Counted from the first letter of the stretch, positions 10,243 through 20,103 are shown. The stretch is DNA of 64,000 bases from an uncultured Methylomirabilota bacterium (GCA_963705305.1 OY970067.1:1408001-1472000), one strand, 5' to 3'. Made by a program: numbers and translations. The notes: generated by a model from the letters alone, not told the origin.

Positions 10243-10371
10243 ATGCGAAAGACCATCCTCCTCCTCATATCGCTGCTCCTCCTCGTCGGGCTCGCGGGCT
10301 GTGCCACGGTTCGCGGGATGGGCGAGGACCTCCAGAATCTCGGCAAGGGCATCCAGAAGAGCCTCCAGTAG
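10243..10371 (+). CDS. Entericidin EcnA/B family lipoprotein (42 aa, not in ORF track)
   Basis: MRKTILLLISLLLLVGLAGCATVRGMGEDLQNLGKGIQKSLQ has a LAGC lipobox and the TxxGxGEDL signature. Confidence 0.85.
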   Translation: MRKTILLLISLLLLVGLAGCATVRGMGEDLQNLGKGIQKSLQ

Positions 10372-10700
10372 GGTCCCTGGCCCCGGCCGCCTCCCTGGAC
10401 CTGCTTCCGCGGACTTGCCCGCGCCGCTGGCCCGGCAGGCCCTCCTGCGTTGTCTTCGCGCGCCCACACTGCCGGACAGCCCCCGGGTTGCCCGCGGCCC
10501 CGGCCGGCTCCCTGACGGTGGAGATCCCCCTTGACACGCGGAAGTCGGCGGGACCGCCATCGCCCTCGTTTCGCAAGATGCGGGCGGAGAGCCGGCCGCT
10601 CGGCGACGGGCGGCGGCGAACGAACGGGAGCCGCGCGGCATTTCGGAAGGCTTTGGAAGGTTGGGGCAGGCGCTGCCGGATCGCCGGCAGGGCCTCCCGG

Positions 10701-11198
10701 CTACACCTGGGCGAACTCGTCCCCCAGGGCGCCGCAGATCGGGCACTTGTCCGGGGGGCTGCCCAGCTCGATGTACCCGCACACCGGACACAGGTAGAAC
10801 TTGGTCTCGGCCAAGTCCTTACCTTGCTGTGCCGCCTCCAGCGCCTTCTGGTAGAGCTTGGCGTGGACCGCCTCCGCCTCTACCGCATAGCTGAACATCC
10901 GTCGCGCCTGATGCTTCTCCTCCGTGGCCGCCTTCAGCATCGGCGGATACATCCGGGTGTATTCGTACGTCTCTCCCCCGATGGCAGCCTTCAGATTGTC
11001 GGCGGTTGACCCCACGCCGCCCATGGCCTCCAGGTGCCCGTGGGCGTGGATGGTTTCCGCCTCGGCGGCGGTCCGGAACAGGCGGGCGATGTTGGGAAAG
11101 CCGTCCGCCTCCGCCTTCTTGGCGAACGCCAGATACTTCCGATTCGCCTGACTCTCTCCCGCAAAAGCCTCCTTCAGGTTCTCGTTCGTACTCGACAT
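10701..11198 (-). CDS. rbr: Rubrerythrin
   Basis: AFAGESQAN, AETIHA, GETYEY and EAVHA di-iron motifs. C-terminal CPVCG...CPICG rubredoxin domain. Confidence 0.95.
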   Translation of the reverse strand: MSSTNENLKEAFAGESQANRKYLAFAKKAEADGFPNIARLFRTAAEAETIHAHGHLEAMGGVGSTADNLKAAIGGETYEYTRMYPPMLKAATEEKHQARRMFSYAVEAEAVHAKLYQKALEAAQQGKDLAETKFYLCPVCGYIELGSPPDKCPICGALGDEFAQV

Positions 11199-11309
11199 GG
11201 CCGATCTCCTAACGGAAGACAGGGTTGCATCCGGGGAGGATTCCTCAGGGGGGTCTGCCGGTTTGCGTGGCCTATCGCACGGGCCGGTCTCCCCCTTTGG
11301 CCTCCCTGA

Positions 11310-11424
11310 CGTGGGCGCGCACACGTATCGATATGTCGACAGCCTGCCGGCGTCAATCGCAGGCCGCCCCTCCGGTCTGGTTTGTCTCAAGAGACGAATC
11401 AATGATCCACAGGTCCTCTTTGAT
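11310..11424. repeat. 115-bp structured direct repeat, copy 1
   Basis: Matches 13060-13174 with 6 substitutions. Confidence 0.9.
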
Positions 11425-11612
11425 ACAGGAGAACCGGGGCGCGGCCTCGATGGAGGGCCGCCGAGGGCCGGTTCGGCTGCCCAACGGACTCGCGCCGCCC
11501 AAGCCGGGGAGACGGCCTGCCTAGCCTGCCGCGACGACTGGAGTCTGGCCGGGTCTTCCGCGACCCGGCCAGCGCGGGCGGCATCGTGTCCAGAACGACC
11601 ACTTCCCTTTGG

Positions 11613-12806
11613 CTAGTTCAGACCGACCATCTTCACCAGGTGTGGCTTGCCGTCTTTGATGACGACCATCGGCCCCATGTGGAGGCCATCCCCTTCCGGC
11701 GTGAAGGCGTACGTCCCCAGGGCCCCCTCAAAGCCCTTGGTCGCCAGGACGGCTTCGCGGATCTTCGCTCGATCTTCCCCCACCTTCTTGATAACGTTTG
11801 CAAGGAGGTGCACGGAATCATAGCTCCAGGGCGCCTGGGGATCCGGCTCGGCGTTGTATTCCTTTTGGTACGCCTCGACGAACTTCCGGTTCGCCGCGTT
11901 CATCCCCGGCACGGAGTCCGCGAACCCGGTGATACCTTCTGCAGCCTCTCGCGCGAGATCCAGCATGGGTTTCTGGGCAATCGCAGGCGGCCCCACAAAC
12001 TTGTACGGAGCGCCGATTTGCCGATACTGGACAAGCATCCGGGCGAACTCTTCCATCCCTACGATGTAGGGGATCATGACCTCGGCGCCCGCCCGCTTGA
12101 TCGTCAGAAGCTGTGCGGTGAAGTCCCGGTCCCCGAGATTGAGCCGCTCCCGCGCGACCACTTTGAGTCCAAGCTGCTTCGCGTATTTCTCGATCGCGTC
12201 TGCCCCGCCCGCCCCGAACGCCTCGTTCGAGTGGAGGATGCCGATCTTCGTGAGCTTCAGTTCGTCCTTCACGTATTTCACTAGGATCGCGGCCACGATG
12301 TCGTCACTTACCCGCATGCGGAAAAGCCATGGGTTTCCCTGCTTCGTGATGCTGACGTTGGTGCCCCCCACGAAGGTGGGGACGCCGTAGGCCTTGATGG
12401 CGTCGGAGATGGCCAAAATCTGCGTGCTCTTATTCCCGCCGAGGTATGCCAGCACTTTTTCCTGTTCGACTGCCTTATTGAGCGCGTTAAGCGCGCCGGG
12501 GTTGCTCGACTGGTTGTCGAAAATGAGCACCTTGAGAGTCTTTCCATTGATGCCGCCAGCCTGGTTGATCTGCTTCTCGGCGAGGCGAACGTCGTTCACG
12601 TAGTGCGGAGCTTCCTGCGAGAAGGCGCCGGTTGTCGAGACACTCACCCCGATCCGGATTTCCCCGCTGGCGGCGGGGGAAGCGGGGGTCGCCGCCCCGG
12701 CCGGGTCTCCGCCCACAACCAATAGAACCAAAAGCCCAGCAACGAATCCGAAGAGAAAAGTCCGCCGTCCCATCCGGCCTATCTTCTGCCCTTTCGATTT
12801 CCTCAT
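11613..12806 (-). CDS. Branched-chain amino acid type ABC substrate-binding protein with Tat-like signal
   Basis: RRTFL twin-arginine motif, IRIGVSVSTTG, INQAGGINGK and DFTAQL. AAAGGAG SD. Confidence 0.9.
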   Translation of the reverse strand: MRKSKGQKIGRMGRRTFLFGFVAGLLVLLVVGGDPAGAATPASPAASGEIRIGVSVSTTGAFSQEAPHYVNDVRLAEKQINQAGGINGKTLKVLIFDNQSSNPGALNALNKAVEQEKVLAYLGGNKSTQILAISDAIKAYGVPTFVGGTNVSITKQGNPWLFRMRVSDDIVAAILVKYVKDELKLTKIGILHSNEAFGAGGADAIEKYAKQLGLKVVARERLNLGDRDFTAQLLTIKRAGAEVMIPYIVGMEEFARMLVQYRQIGAPYKFVGPPAIAQKPMLDLAREAAEGITGFADSVPGMNAANRKFVEAYQKEYNAEPDPQAPWSYDSVHLLANVIKKVGEDRAKIREAVLATKGFEGALGTYAFTPEGDGLHMGPMVVIKDGKPHLVKMVGLN

Positions 12807-12832
12807 TCCGACTCTCCTTTGTGACAGGAAAC

Positions 12833-12848
12833 TGCGATCCGGGTACCA
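12833..12848 (-). promoter_or_regulatory. Putative sigma-54 promoter of the binding-protein gene
   Basis: Minus strand reads TGGTAC-N5-TCGCA, with GG/GC correctly spaced, ~27 nt before the ATG. Confidence 0.45.
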
Positions 12849-13059
12849 AAGCGCGTCCCTGGGGTTCTGCGTCGTGGGTGAGCCCACCCCCTTTCCCGTT
12901 CCACCCGTAGGCGCCTCACGGGCCGGCAGAGTCCCGCGCCGCGGCCCCACAAAACACACGACAACCTGCTAGGGTGCGGAGGGGCATCCTGGCGGCGCTG
13001 GCGCGACCCTTGGGCAGGGGAGACAAGTTGCATAGTTTGCGAATGTCCCCTCTGACTGG

Positions 13060-13174
13060 CGTGGGTGCGCACCCGTATCGATATGTCGACAGCCTGCCGG
13101 CGTCAATCGCAGGCCACCGTTCCGGTCTGGTTTGTCTCAAGAGACGAATCAATGATCCGCAGGTCCTCTTTGAT
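13060..13174. repeat. 115-bp structured direct repeat, copy 2
   Basis: Direct repeat of 11310-11424, offset by 1750 bp. Confidence 0.9.
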
Positions 13175-13349
13175 GGGAGAGAGACGGGACACGGTCTCGG
13201 CGCAGGGATCCCTGGGGGTCGGATCGGCCAACGAAGGGTGGAGGGACGGATGACAGGGGAGGCTAAGGCGCGTATAATTCCCTCCGACTCAAGGGTCCGT
13301 TCGTCTCGCCGGAGAGGCCCACAGGACCGCCGCCCTTTTCCCGGGACCG

Positions 13350-14621
13350 ATGGATGGGGTGAAGAGCGCCATCTCTGCGAGGACCTCAACGGCCATGCCT
13401 ACCCCTGCCGGCTTTCGCGCCCTGCGCCACCGCGACTTCCGCCTGTTCTGGACGGGACAGCTCGTCTCCCTCATCGGCACCTGGATGCAGCGCGTGGGCG
13501 AGGCCTGGCTCGTCCTCGAGCTCACGAACTCGCCGTTCCTCCTGGGCCTCATCGGCGCCCTCCAGTTCGGTCCCATGCTGTGCTTCTCGTTCGTGGCCGG
13601 GGTCGCTGCCGACCGCCTGCCCAAGCGGAGGCTCATCCTGGGCACCCAGACCGCGCTCATGCTTCAGGCGTTCTGCCTGACGGTCCTGGTGTGGAGCGGA
13701 CATGTGCGCTACTGGCATGTGGCGGTGCTGGCCCTACTTTACGGGCTGGCCAATACGCTGGACATGCCCACCCGGCAAGCCTTCATCGTGGAAATGGTCG
13801 GGGAAACCGACCTGTTGAACGCCATCGCACTCAACTCGGCGGTGTTCAACGGAGCGCGGATCGTGGGCCCTGCCGTGGCCGGCCTCTTGGTGGCCCGCTA
13901 CGGAGAGGCCATCGCGTTCTTCCTGAACGGGCTGAGCTTCCTGGCCGTCATCCTGGCCCTCTTGGCGGTCAAGACCAGGGGACTCCCGCAGCCGCGGGAG
14001 GGAACGACCGTCATGCAGGAGATCAAGGCGGGAATCCGCTACGCAGCCGGCACGCCCCGCGTGGCGTTGATCCTGAGCTTGCTCCTGTTCGTGAGTCTGC
14101 TGGTGATCAACCACAATACCCTGGTCCCCCTCCTGGCACGGGATGTGCTCCACGCCGGGGCCCACGGCTTTGGTCTCTTGATGGCCGCTCTGGGCGGGGG
14201 CGCGGTCACCGGGGCCGTAGCGCTGGCCCTGTGGCCGAGAAAGCTCCCGTTCGGTGTGGCCGTTGCGGCGGCCCTCGTGCTGGCCGCCGCTATTTTGTCC
14301 TTGGCGGCCGTCCGCATGTTCTGGCCGGCCATGGTACTGCTGGGTGTGGCCGGCCTGGCGCAGATCGTCTTCACGACCAGCTGTAATACCACGCTCCAGC
14401 TCACGGTGCCCAACGCCATGCGCGGCCGCATGATGAGCCTGTATGCCTTTGTCTTCGTAGGCGTGACCCCCTTCGGCTCCCTGCTGGTGGGGACCATCGC
14501 CGAGTTCTGGGGTGTTCCGGCGGCCTTCGCCGTGGGGGGCGGCCTGGGACTGCTGACGGTCCTGGGCCTGGCGGTCCGGGCGAGGCGGAATGCAGGGGGG
14601 CGCACGGCAGGAGCGGTTTAG
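13350..14621 (+). CDS. MFS transporter (H+ antiporter/DUF894-like)
   Basis: FRALRHRDFRLFWTGQLVSLIGTWMQ, ADRLPKR, about 12 TM segments and MRGRMMSLY. Start could be 13395. Confidence 0.9.
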   Translation: MDGVKSAISARTSTAMPTPAGFRALRHRDFRLFWTGQLVSLIGTWMQRVGEAWLVLELTNSPFLLGLIGALQFGPMLCFSFVAGVAADRLPKRRLILGTQTALMLQAFCLTVLVWSGHVRYWHVAVLALLYGLANTLDMPTRQAFIVEMVGETDLLNAIALNSAVFNGARIVGPAVAGLLVARYGEAIAFFLNGLSFLAVILALLAVKTRGLPQPREGTTVMQEIKAGIRYAAGTPRVALILSLLLFVSLLVINHNTLVPLLARDVLHAGAHGFGLLMAALGGGAVTGAVALALWPRKLPFGVAVAAALVLAAAILSLAAVRMFWPAMVLLGVAGLAQIVFTTSCNTTLQLTVPNAMRGRMMSLYAFVFVGVTPFGSLLVGTIAEFWGVPAAFAVGGGLGLLTVLGLAVRARRNAGGRTAGAV

Positions 14622-14795
14622 GAGGATGCCGAGAAACTCGCTTTCACTGAGGCTGCTCAAAAAGGCCCAGGTGCAAGGCGCCGCGCGATCCGAGGCGCGA
14701 GGCGTACTTAGCCCGTACGTCGCAGCGTCGCGGGAGCGCGGGGGGTACCCGCCCAAAGGGCGGGTCTCCGCAGATGGGACTGTTTCAGCAGCCTG
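14622..14795. mobile_element. MITE-like repeat, copy B
   Basis: Begins right after the MFS TAG stop. Has AGGCTGCTCAAAAAGG and ends TTTCAGCAGCCTG followed by CTAG. Confidence 0.8.
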
Positions 14796-15112
14796 CTAGT
14801 CCCGATTCGCATTGTGCGCTCACGCCGCATCCAATCTTCCTCAATTTCGAAAATTCGAACGCGTCCCCCCCTGGGGGTTTGCGCAAGCCGCCCTTCTTCG
14901 GATTGGGCCTCGCGCCATACGCCCAATGCGCCGGTGCCCATCAGGGGCCGCCATGCCGGCTGCGGCCGCGAAGAAGCGGCGACCATCGCGCGGCCGAGAT
15001 TGATATGTTACGCTCTTGAGACGTGAAAGATGCTCCGGCCGGCCACGCGATCGGGGAGGCACGGTCGCCGACGACCCCAGGCAGAACGTGAGGGGGAGAG
15101 GAGGAGCGGCGC

Positions 15113-16534
15113 ATGATCACCGCCAAATCCGCGCTGAGTTTCTTCGAGACCGTGAACGTCCACTTCGACCGCGCCGCAGCTCTGACCGACTATCCTCCGG
15201 GCCTGCTGGAGCAGATCAAGGTCTGCAACAGCGTCTACGCCTTCCGGTTCCCCCTGCGTAGTCGTCACGGCTACGAGGTTCTCTCGGGATGGCGAGTGCA
15301 GCACAGCCACCACCGGCTGCCGGTGAAGGGCGGCATCCGATACGCGCCCGAGGTCAACGAAGACGAGGTCAAGGCCCTGGCGGCCCTGATGACCTACAAG
15401 TGCGCCACGGTGAACGTGCCCTTCGGCGGGGCCAAGGGCGGGGTCAGGGTTGACACCAAGAAATACTCGGCGGAAGAGATGGAGCAGATCACCCGCCGCT
15501 ACACGGCGGAGCTGATCAAGAAGAACTTCATCGGCCCCGGCCTGGACGTGCCGGCGCCGGACTACGGCACCGGCCCCCGGGAAATGGCCTGGATCGCCGA
15601 CACCTACGCGGCCTTCAACCCCGGCCAGATCGACTCGCTGGCCTGCGTCACCGGAAAGCCGGTGTCGCAGGGGGGCGTGAATGGCCGCGTGGAGGCGACC
15701 GGTCGGGGGGTTTTCTTCGGCCTCCGCGAGGCCTGCGACCAGGCGGAAGACATGAAAATGCTGGGGCTCTCGCGCGGCCTGGATGGAAAGCGGGTGATCG
15801 TCCAGGGACTGGGAAACGTCGGATACTATACGGCCAAGTTCTGTCAGGAGGGGGGCTGCGTGATCGTAGCCATCATCGAGCGCGACGGGGCGATCGTCAA
15901 CCCTCAGGGGCTGGACGTGGAGGCCGTGGGGGCGCACATGAAGGCCTCGGGGTCCCTCCTGAATTTTCCGGGAGCCAAGAACCTCCAGCCCGGCCAGGCC
16001 GCCATGGAGTTGCCCGCGGACATCCTGATCCCCGCCGCCCTGGAGAACCAGATCACCGCCGAGAACGCCCCGCGCGTGCAGGCGAAGATCCTGGCGGAGG
16101 CCGCCAACGGCCCCACCACCACCGAGGCGGAGAAGATCCTGCTGGAGAAAGGGGTCCTGATCATTCCGGATGTCTACCTCAATGCCGGGGGGGTCACCGT
16201 CTCGTACTTCGAGTGGGTGAAGAACCTGTCCCACGTGCGGTTCGGGCGGGTGGGCAAGCGGTTCGAGGAGTCGGCCTTCCACCGGATGCTGGATGCCATC
16301 GAGAAGGCGACCGGCCGCATCTTCACCGAAGAAGAGCACCGCCGGATCGCCCACGGGGCGGACGAAATCGACCTGGTGAATTCCGGGCTGGAGGAGACGA
16401 TGATCGGCGCCCATCGCCAGATTAGGGAGCTCTGGAAGAGTGATCGCCGGACGCGGGACCTGCGGACGGCCGCGTTCCTGAATGCCATTTACAAGATTGC
16501 GCGGAGCTACCTCGAGCTGGGCGTCTTCCCGTGA
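15113..16534 (+). CDS. gdhA: Glutamate dehydrogenase (Glu/Leu/Phe/Val dehydrogenase)
   Basis: [39 protein letters not shown] and [12 protein letters not shown]. Confidence 0.95.
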   Translation: MITAKSALSFFETVNVHFDRAAALTDYPPGLLEQIKVCNSVYAFRFPLRSRHGYEVLSGWRVQHSHHRLPVKGGIRYAPEVNEDEVKALAALMTYKCATVNVPFGGAKGGVRVDTKKYSAEEMEQITRRYTAELIKKNFIGPGLDVPAPDYGTGPREMAWIADTYAAFNPGQIDSLACVTGKPVSQGGVNGRVEATGRGVFFGLREACDQAEDMKMLGLSRGLDGKRVIVQGLGNVGYYTAKFCQEGGCVIVAIIERDGAIVNPQGLDVEAVGAHMKASGSLLNFPGAKNLQPGQAAMELPADILIPAALENQITAENAPRVQAKILAEAANGPTTTEAEKILLEKGVLIIPDVYLNAGGVTVSYFEWVKNLSHVRFGRVGKRFEESAFHRMLDAIEKATGRIFTEEEHRRIAHGADEIDLVNSGLEETMIGAHRQIRELWKSDRRTRDLRTAAFLNAIYKIARSYLELGVFP

Positions 16535-16587
16535 TCCGCGCCGTCGGGAAGGTGCGCGCGACAACCGGATGCACACACTTACGCAAA

Positions 16588-16740
16588 CAGAACGGTGAAA
16601 TGCTCGTTATCGCACAGGCTGCTCAAAAAGGTCCAGATGCAAGGCGCCGCGCGATCCGAGGCGCGAGGCGTACTTAGATCGTACGCCACAGCGTCGCGGG
16701 AGCGCGGCAACGCCGCAGATGGGCCTTTTTGAGCAGCCTG
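16588..16740. mobile_element. MITE-like repeat, copy C (short form)
   Basis: CAGGCTGCTCAAAAAGG (16615) ... CCTTTTTGAGCAGCCTG (16740) perfect inverted repeat with the shared core. Confidence 0.8.
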
Positions 16741-16757
16741 AAAGGGGAGGAGAATCC

Positions 16758-17432
16758 ATGCCGACTTCGACGACCGCGACATTCTCGTCCGAGGCGGGAC
16801 AGGCCAGCGGGTATCTGGCCCGGCCCGGCGCGGGCAAGCCGGGGATCATTGTGTTGCAGGAATGGTGGGGACTGGTCCCCCATATCAAGGATGTGGCCGG
16901 GCGGTTCGCGGCTCAGGGATACCTGGCGATGGCGCCCGACCTCTACCACGGCAAGAACACGCTGGAGGCCGCGGAGGCCGAGCACCTGATGAGGGGGCTG
17001 GACTGGGGCCGGGCCGCCAAGGAGATCGCCGGGGCGGTCAAGCACCTGCGGGAGGCCGAGGGCGCAACCCGCGTGGGGGTCGTGGGATTCTGCATGGGGG
17101 GCGCCCTGACCATCATCGCGGCGGCCGTAGCCGGCGTGGACGCCTATGCGGCGTTTTATGGCTTCCCGCCGGCCGGAGCGGTGGACCTCGACAAGATCGC
17201 CGCACCCGGCCTGATCTTCTTCGGCGAGAAGGAGGAGTATTTCTCGGTGCCCGAGTCTCAGGCCTTCGCCGAGCGGCAGCGGAAGCGCGGGCGGGAGGCC
17301 GAGGTGGTGGTGTATCCGGCAGCCGGCCACGCCTTCTTCAACAACGAGCGGCGGGAAGCCTACCGGCGCGAGGCCGCCAACGACGCCTGGCGGCGGACAC
17401 TGGATCTCTTCGGCAGCCATCTGCGCGGCTAA
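16758..17432 (+). CDS. Dienelactone hydrolase family protein
   Basis: QEWWGL, APDLY, GFCMGG and AGHAFFN. Confidence 0.92.
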   Translation: MPTSTTATFSSEAGQASGYLARPGAGKPGIIVLQEWWGLVPHIKDVAGRFAAQGYLAMAPDLYHGKNTLEAAEAEHLMRGLDWGRAAKEIAGAVKHLREAEGATRVGVVGFCMGGALTIIAAAVAGVDAYAAFYGFPPAGAVDLDKIAAPGLIFFGEKEEYFSVPESQAFAERQRKRGREAEVVVYPAAGHAFFNNERREAYRREAANDAWRRTLDLFGSHLRG

Positions 17433-17613
17433 GTTCGTCGTCCCCATCTCGAGCTGGAGAGCGCGACACCGCCCGGCCATCCGGGCTTGCGCCGGAGACC
17501 GCCCTGCAGGTATTCTGTGCCCGGATGCAGATGCGGGGGTGCCGCCGCGCTCCCAGTCTTGCGCTGGGTATCCGGCGGGGTGCGGGGTTTTACCCACGAG
17601 AGGGACGCCGGCC

Positions 17614-18366
17614 ATGGGAGAGAGCAAGGTCATTCTGGTGACGGGGGCGTCGCGCGGCATCGGGGCGACGCTGGCGACGGGTTTCGTCAAAGAAGGGCAC
17701 CGGGTTGTCGTCAACTACGCGCACTCGGAGGGCGAGGCGGCCGCCCTGTGCGAATCCCTGGCCAGGGAGGGGGGCGGGGAGCGGGTGCTGCTGATGCGGG
17801 CCGATGTGGCCAAACGGGACGAGGTCCGCGCCATGTTCGACCGGGTCGTCGAACGGTTCGCCCGGGTGGACGTCCTGGTGAACAATGCCGGGCTCAATCT
17901 GGACGGCCCGTTTCTCCAGATGACGGACCAGCAGTGGGACCGGGTCATCGCGACCAGCCTCACGGGGACGTTCATCTGTGCGCAGGAGTTCGCCCTGCGT
18001 TTCAGGGGAGAGACGGGCCACATCGTGAACCTGGGCGCCTCCACGGGAATTCACGGCCGGACCAACGGAGCCAATTATTGCAGCGCCAAGGCGGGGGTGA
18101 TCACGCTGACGAAGTGCCTGGCGCTGGAGCTGGCGCCGAAGATCCGGGTGAACTGCGTGATTCCCGGCTGGATGGAGACTGAGGAAGTCATGACCCGCTA
18201 CAACCTGCACGACCCGGCGAGCTACCAGGAGACGGTCGGCCGCATTCCCCTGAAGCGCCTGGGCACCACGGAGGATGTCTTTCGGGTCATACGGTTCATC
18301 GTCCAGGACTCCGAGTACATCACCGGGCAGAACTTTTTCGTGAACGGGGGAAACTTCATGATGTGA
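17614..18366 (+). CDS. SDR oxidoreductase (FabG-like)
   Basis: TGASRGIG, VNNAG and YCSAK. Confidence 0.9.
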   Translation: MGESKVILVTGASRGIGATLATGFVKEGHRVVVNYAHSEGEAAALCESLAREGGGERVLLMRADVAKRDEVRAMFDRVVERFARVDVLVNNAGLNLDGPFLQMTDQQWDRVIATSLTGTFICAQEFALRFRGETGHIVNLGASTGIHGRTNGANYCSAKAGVITLTKCLALELAPKIRVNCVIPGWMETEEVMTRYNLHDPASYQETVGRIPLKRLGTTEDVFRVIRFIVQDSEYITGQNFFVNGGNFMM

Positions 18367-18439
18367 TCGCGCCGCTGTCGCGACGGAGGACCAGGCGGGC
18401 GGACGGCGCGGCCGCGACGGCACAGGAGGGGGACATCAG

Positions 18440-18622
18440 ATGCTACCCTACCCGGAAGACATGCTCGAGGCCCTTCTGAAGAAAGCGGAGGCACGGGAGC
18501 TGCCCGAGAAGACGGCGGATGTGATTCGCTTCATCAAGAAGCGCCAGATCGCGGGGAAGCCCGTCTCGGAGATCCAAGCCCAGATGATGGAGGATCTGGG
18601 GAGAGAGATGGGGATGTGGTAA
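18440..18622 (+). CDS. Small hypothetical protein (60 aa)
   Basis: AGGAGG SD, helical charged composition, located in an intergenic gap. Confidence 0.6.
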   Translation: MLPYPEDMLEALLKKAEARELPEKTADVIRFIKKRQIAGKPVSEIQAQMMEDLGREMGMW

Positions 18623-18650
18623 ACCCCGTGCGCCGTGGCAGACCGCCGGT

Positions 18651-19589
18651 TCAGGCAGGGAGAAGCCTGTGCCGGGCCAGGATGGCCCGGATGGCCTGGC
18701 GCTGGGCCTCGGTGGCCGGGGTCAGCGGGGGGGAGGGGAGGCCGTTCCCCAGCCCGCAGAGGGCGCAGGCAGCCTTGAGGGCGGGCAGCCAGTGCCCCTG
18801 CTCGTGGAGAACCCAGAGGTCCGCGACCTGGGCTTGAAGGTGGCTGCAGTTGGCGGCATCGCCTCGCGCGGCGGCCCGGCGCAAGGCCACGAACAGCGCC
18901 GGGGCGAAATTGGCCATCCCCGGCACTAGCCCGTCAGCCCCCTGGAGCAGACTGGCCGTCGCCAGGGCCTCGTTCCCCTGCAGCACGCGGAAATCGGGGC
19001 GCGTCCGCTTCACCGCCAGAAACCGGAAGAAGGCCTCGAAATCGGCCGCCGAATCCTTGATGCCCAGGACGCGCGCCTCCCGGGCCAGCGCGGCCACGGC
19101 CGCAAAGGCGAGCGGCTGGTGGGTGGCCTGGGGGATATTGTAAATAAGGACCGGCAGCGGCACGGCCCCAAGGACGGCCTCTGCATGGCGCTGCTGGGCG
19201 CCGGCATCCACGCCGTAGTAGTAGGGCGAGCCGACGACCACCGCATCGGCCCCGGCATCGGCCGCGCGCCGCGCCGCCTCGGCCGCCGGGCCCGCTCCCG
19301 GCAGCATGACGCCCACCAGGACGGGGACGCGCCCGGCGGCGGCCCGGACCGCGTGACGGAGAACGGCGCTCCGCTGGTCGGCGGTCAGCCAGGCCCCCTC
19401 TCCGCAGCCCCCCAGGATGAACAGCCCCGTGCAGCCTCCGGTCACGATGTGCTCGACCAGCAGGGCGATGGCGTCGCCGTCCGGCTCGCCGGAAGCTGTC
19501 AGGGGCGAGATCATGGGCGGGATCACGCCGGAAAGGGCCGTGTCCCACGACCAGGCTGCCGGGGCCGGGCTGCCGCTCTTGGATGTCAC
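18651..19589 (-). CDS. Dihydrodipicolinate synthase (DapA/NanA) family aldolase
   Basis: GVIPPMISPL, YNIP, GIKDS (Schiff-base Lys) and GADGLVPG. Confidence 0.9.
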   Translation of the reverse strand: MTSKSGSPAPAAWSWDTALSGVIPPMISPLTASGEPDGDAIALLVEHIVTGGCTGLFILGGCGEGAWLTADQRSAVLRHAVRAAAGRVPVLVGVMLPGAGPAAEAARRAADAGADAVVVGSPYYYGVDAGAQQRHAEAVLGAVPLPVLIYNIPQATHQPLAFAAVAALAREARVLGIKDSAADFEAFFRFLAVKRTRPDFRVLQGNEALATASLLQGADGLVPGMANFAPALFVALRRAAARGDAANCSHLQAQVADLWVLHEQGHWLPALKAACALCGLGNGLPSPPLTPATEAQRQAIRAILARHRLLPA

Positions 19590-19686
19590 GTGGTACTCCT
19601 CTCATTGGGGGGTTGAGCAGAGCGCTCCCGAGGGCTACGGCCTGCCGGGGAGCCTCTCTGCTCGCCAAGAATACGACCTACAGCGG

Positions 19687-20061
19687 TCAGCCTCCCGCCA
19701 GCTTGACGCGGTGACCCCGGACCCGCAAGTATTCGGCGACCCGCTCGCGATGGTCGCCCTGGATTTCCAGGGAGCCGCCCTTCACCGTCCCGCCGGCGCC
19801 GCACAAGCGCTTCAGCTCTGCCGCCAGGGTGACCTGGGCGGCGGCAGTCCCAGGCAATCCCCGGATGACGGTCACCACCTTGCCGCCGCGGCCGCCGCGT
19901 TCGCGGAAGATGCGAACGACGCCGTCGTCGGGGACCTCCGGTCCTGCCTTGGCCGGGCGCGGGCGCCGGCCCGGTTCCTCCGTACTCCGGACCCGCCCCG
20001 CCTCCGCGGAATAGACCAGGCGGCTCCTTGCGGCTTCCGCGTCCTTCCGATCCGCGCTCAT
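19687..20061 (-). CDS. yciH: SUI1/eIF1 family translation factor
   Basis: RLVYS, GRGGKVVTVIRGL, LKRLCGAGGTVK and EIQGDHR. Confidence 0.92.
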   Translation of the reverse strand: MSADRKDAEAARSRLVYSAEAGRVRSTEEPGRRPRPAKAGPEVPDDGVVRIFRERGGRGGKVVTVIRGLPGTAAAQVTLAAELKRLCGAGGTVKGGSLEIQGDHRERVAEYLRVRGHRVKLAGG

Positions 20062-20103
20062 GAATACGACCTCGTGAACACGACCTCGTGAACACGACCT
20101 CGC
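20062..20103 (-). repeat. 3 x 14-bp tandem repeat containing the yciH ribosome-binding site
   Basis: GAATACGACCTCGT / GAACACGACCTCGT / GAACACGACCTCGC directly upstream of the ATG. Confidence 0.9.

Noticed and set aside
11310..11424. Partial resemblance of the repeat to lysine (AGAGG...GGCCTG...CTGTC) or ZTP riboswitch motifs
   Set aside because: The element is too short and lacks the other conserved segments, so it is left as unclassified.
13016..13051. GGGGACATT on the minus strand as another RAYT end beside repeat copy 2
   Set aside because: Only ~9 bp match the end consensus, and it is equally explained as a local hairpin.
20062..20103. Short repeats as a CRISPR array
   Set aside because: They are 14-bp head-to-tail units without spacers, and there are no cas genes.
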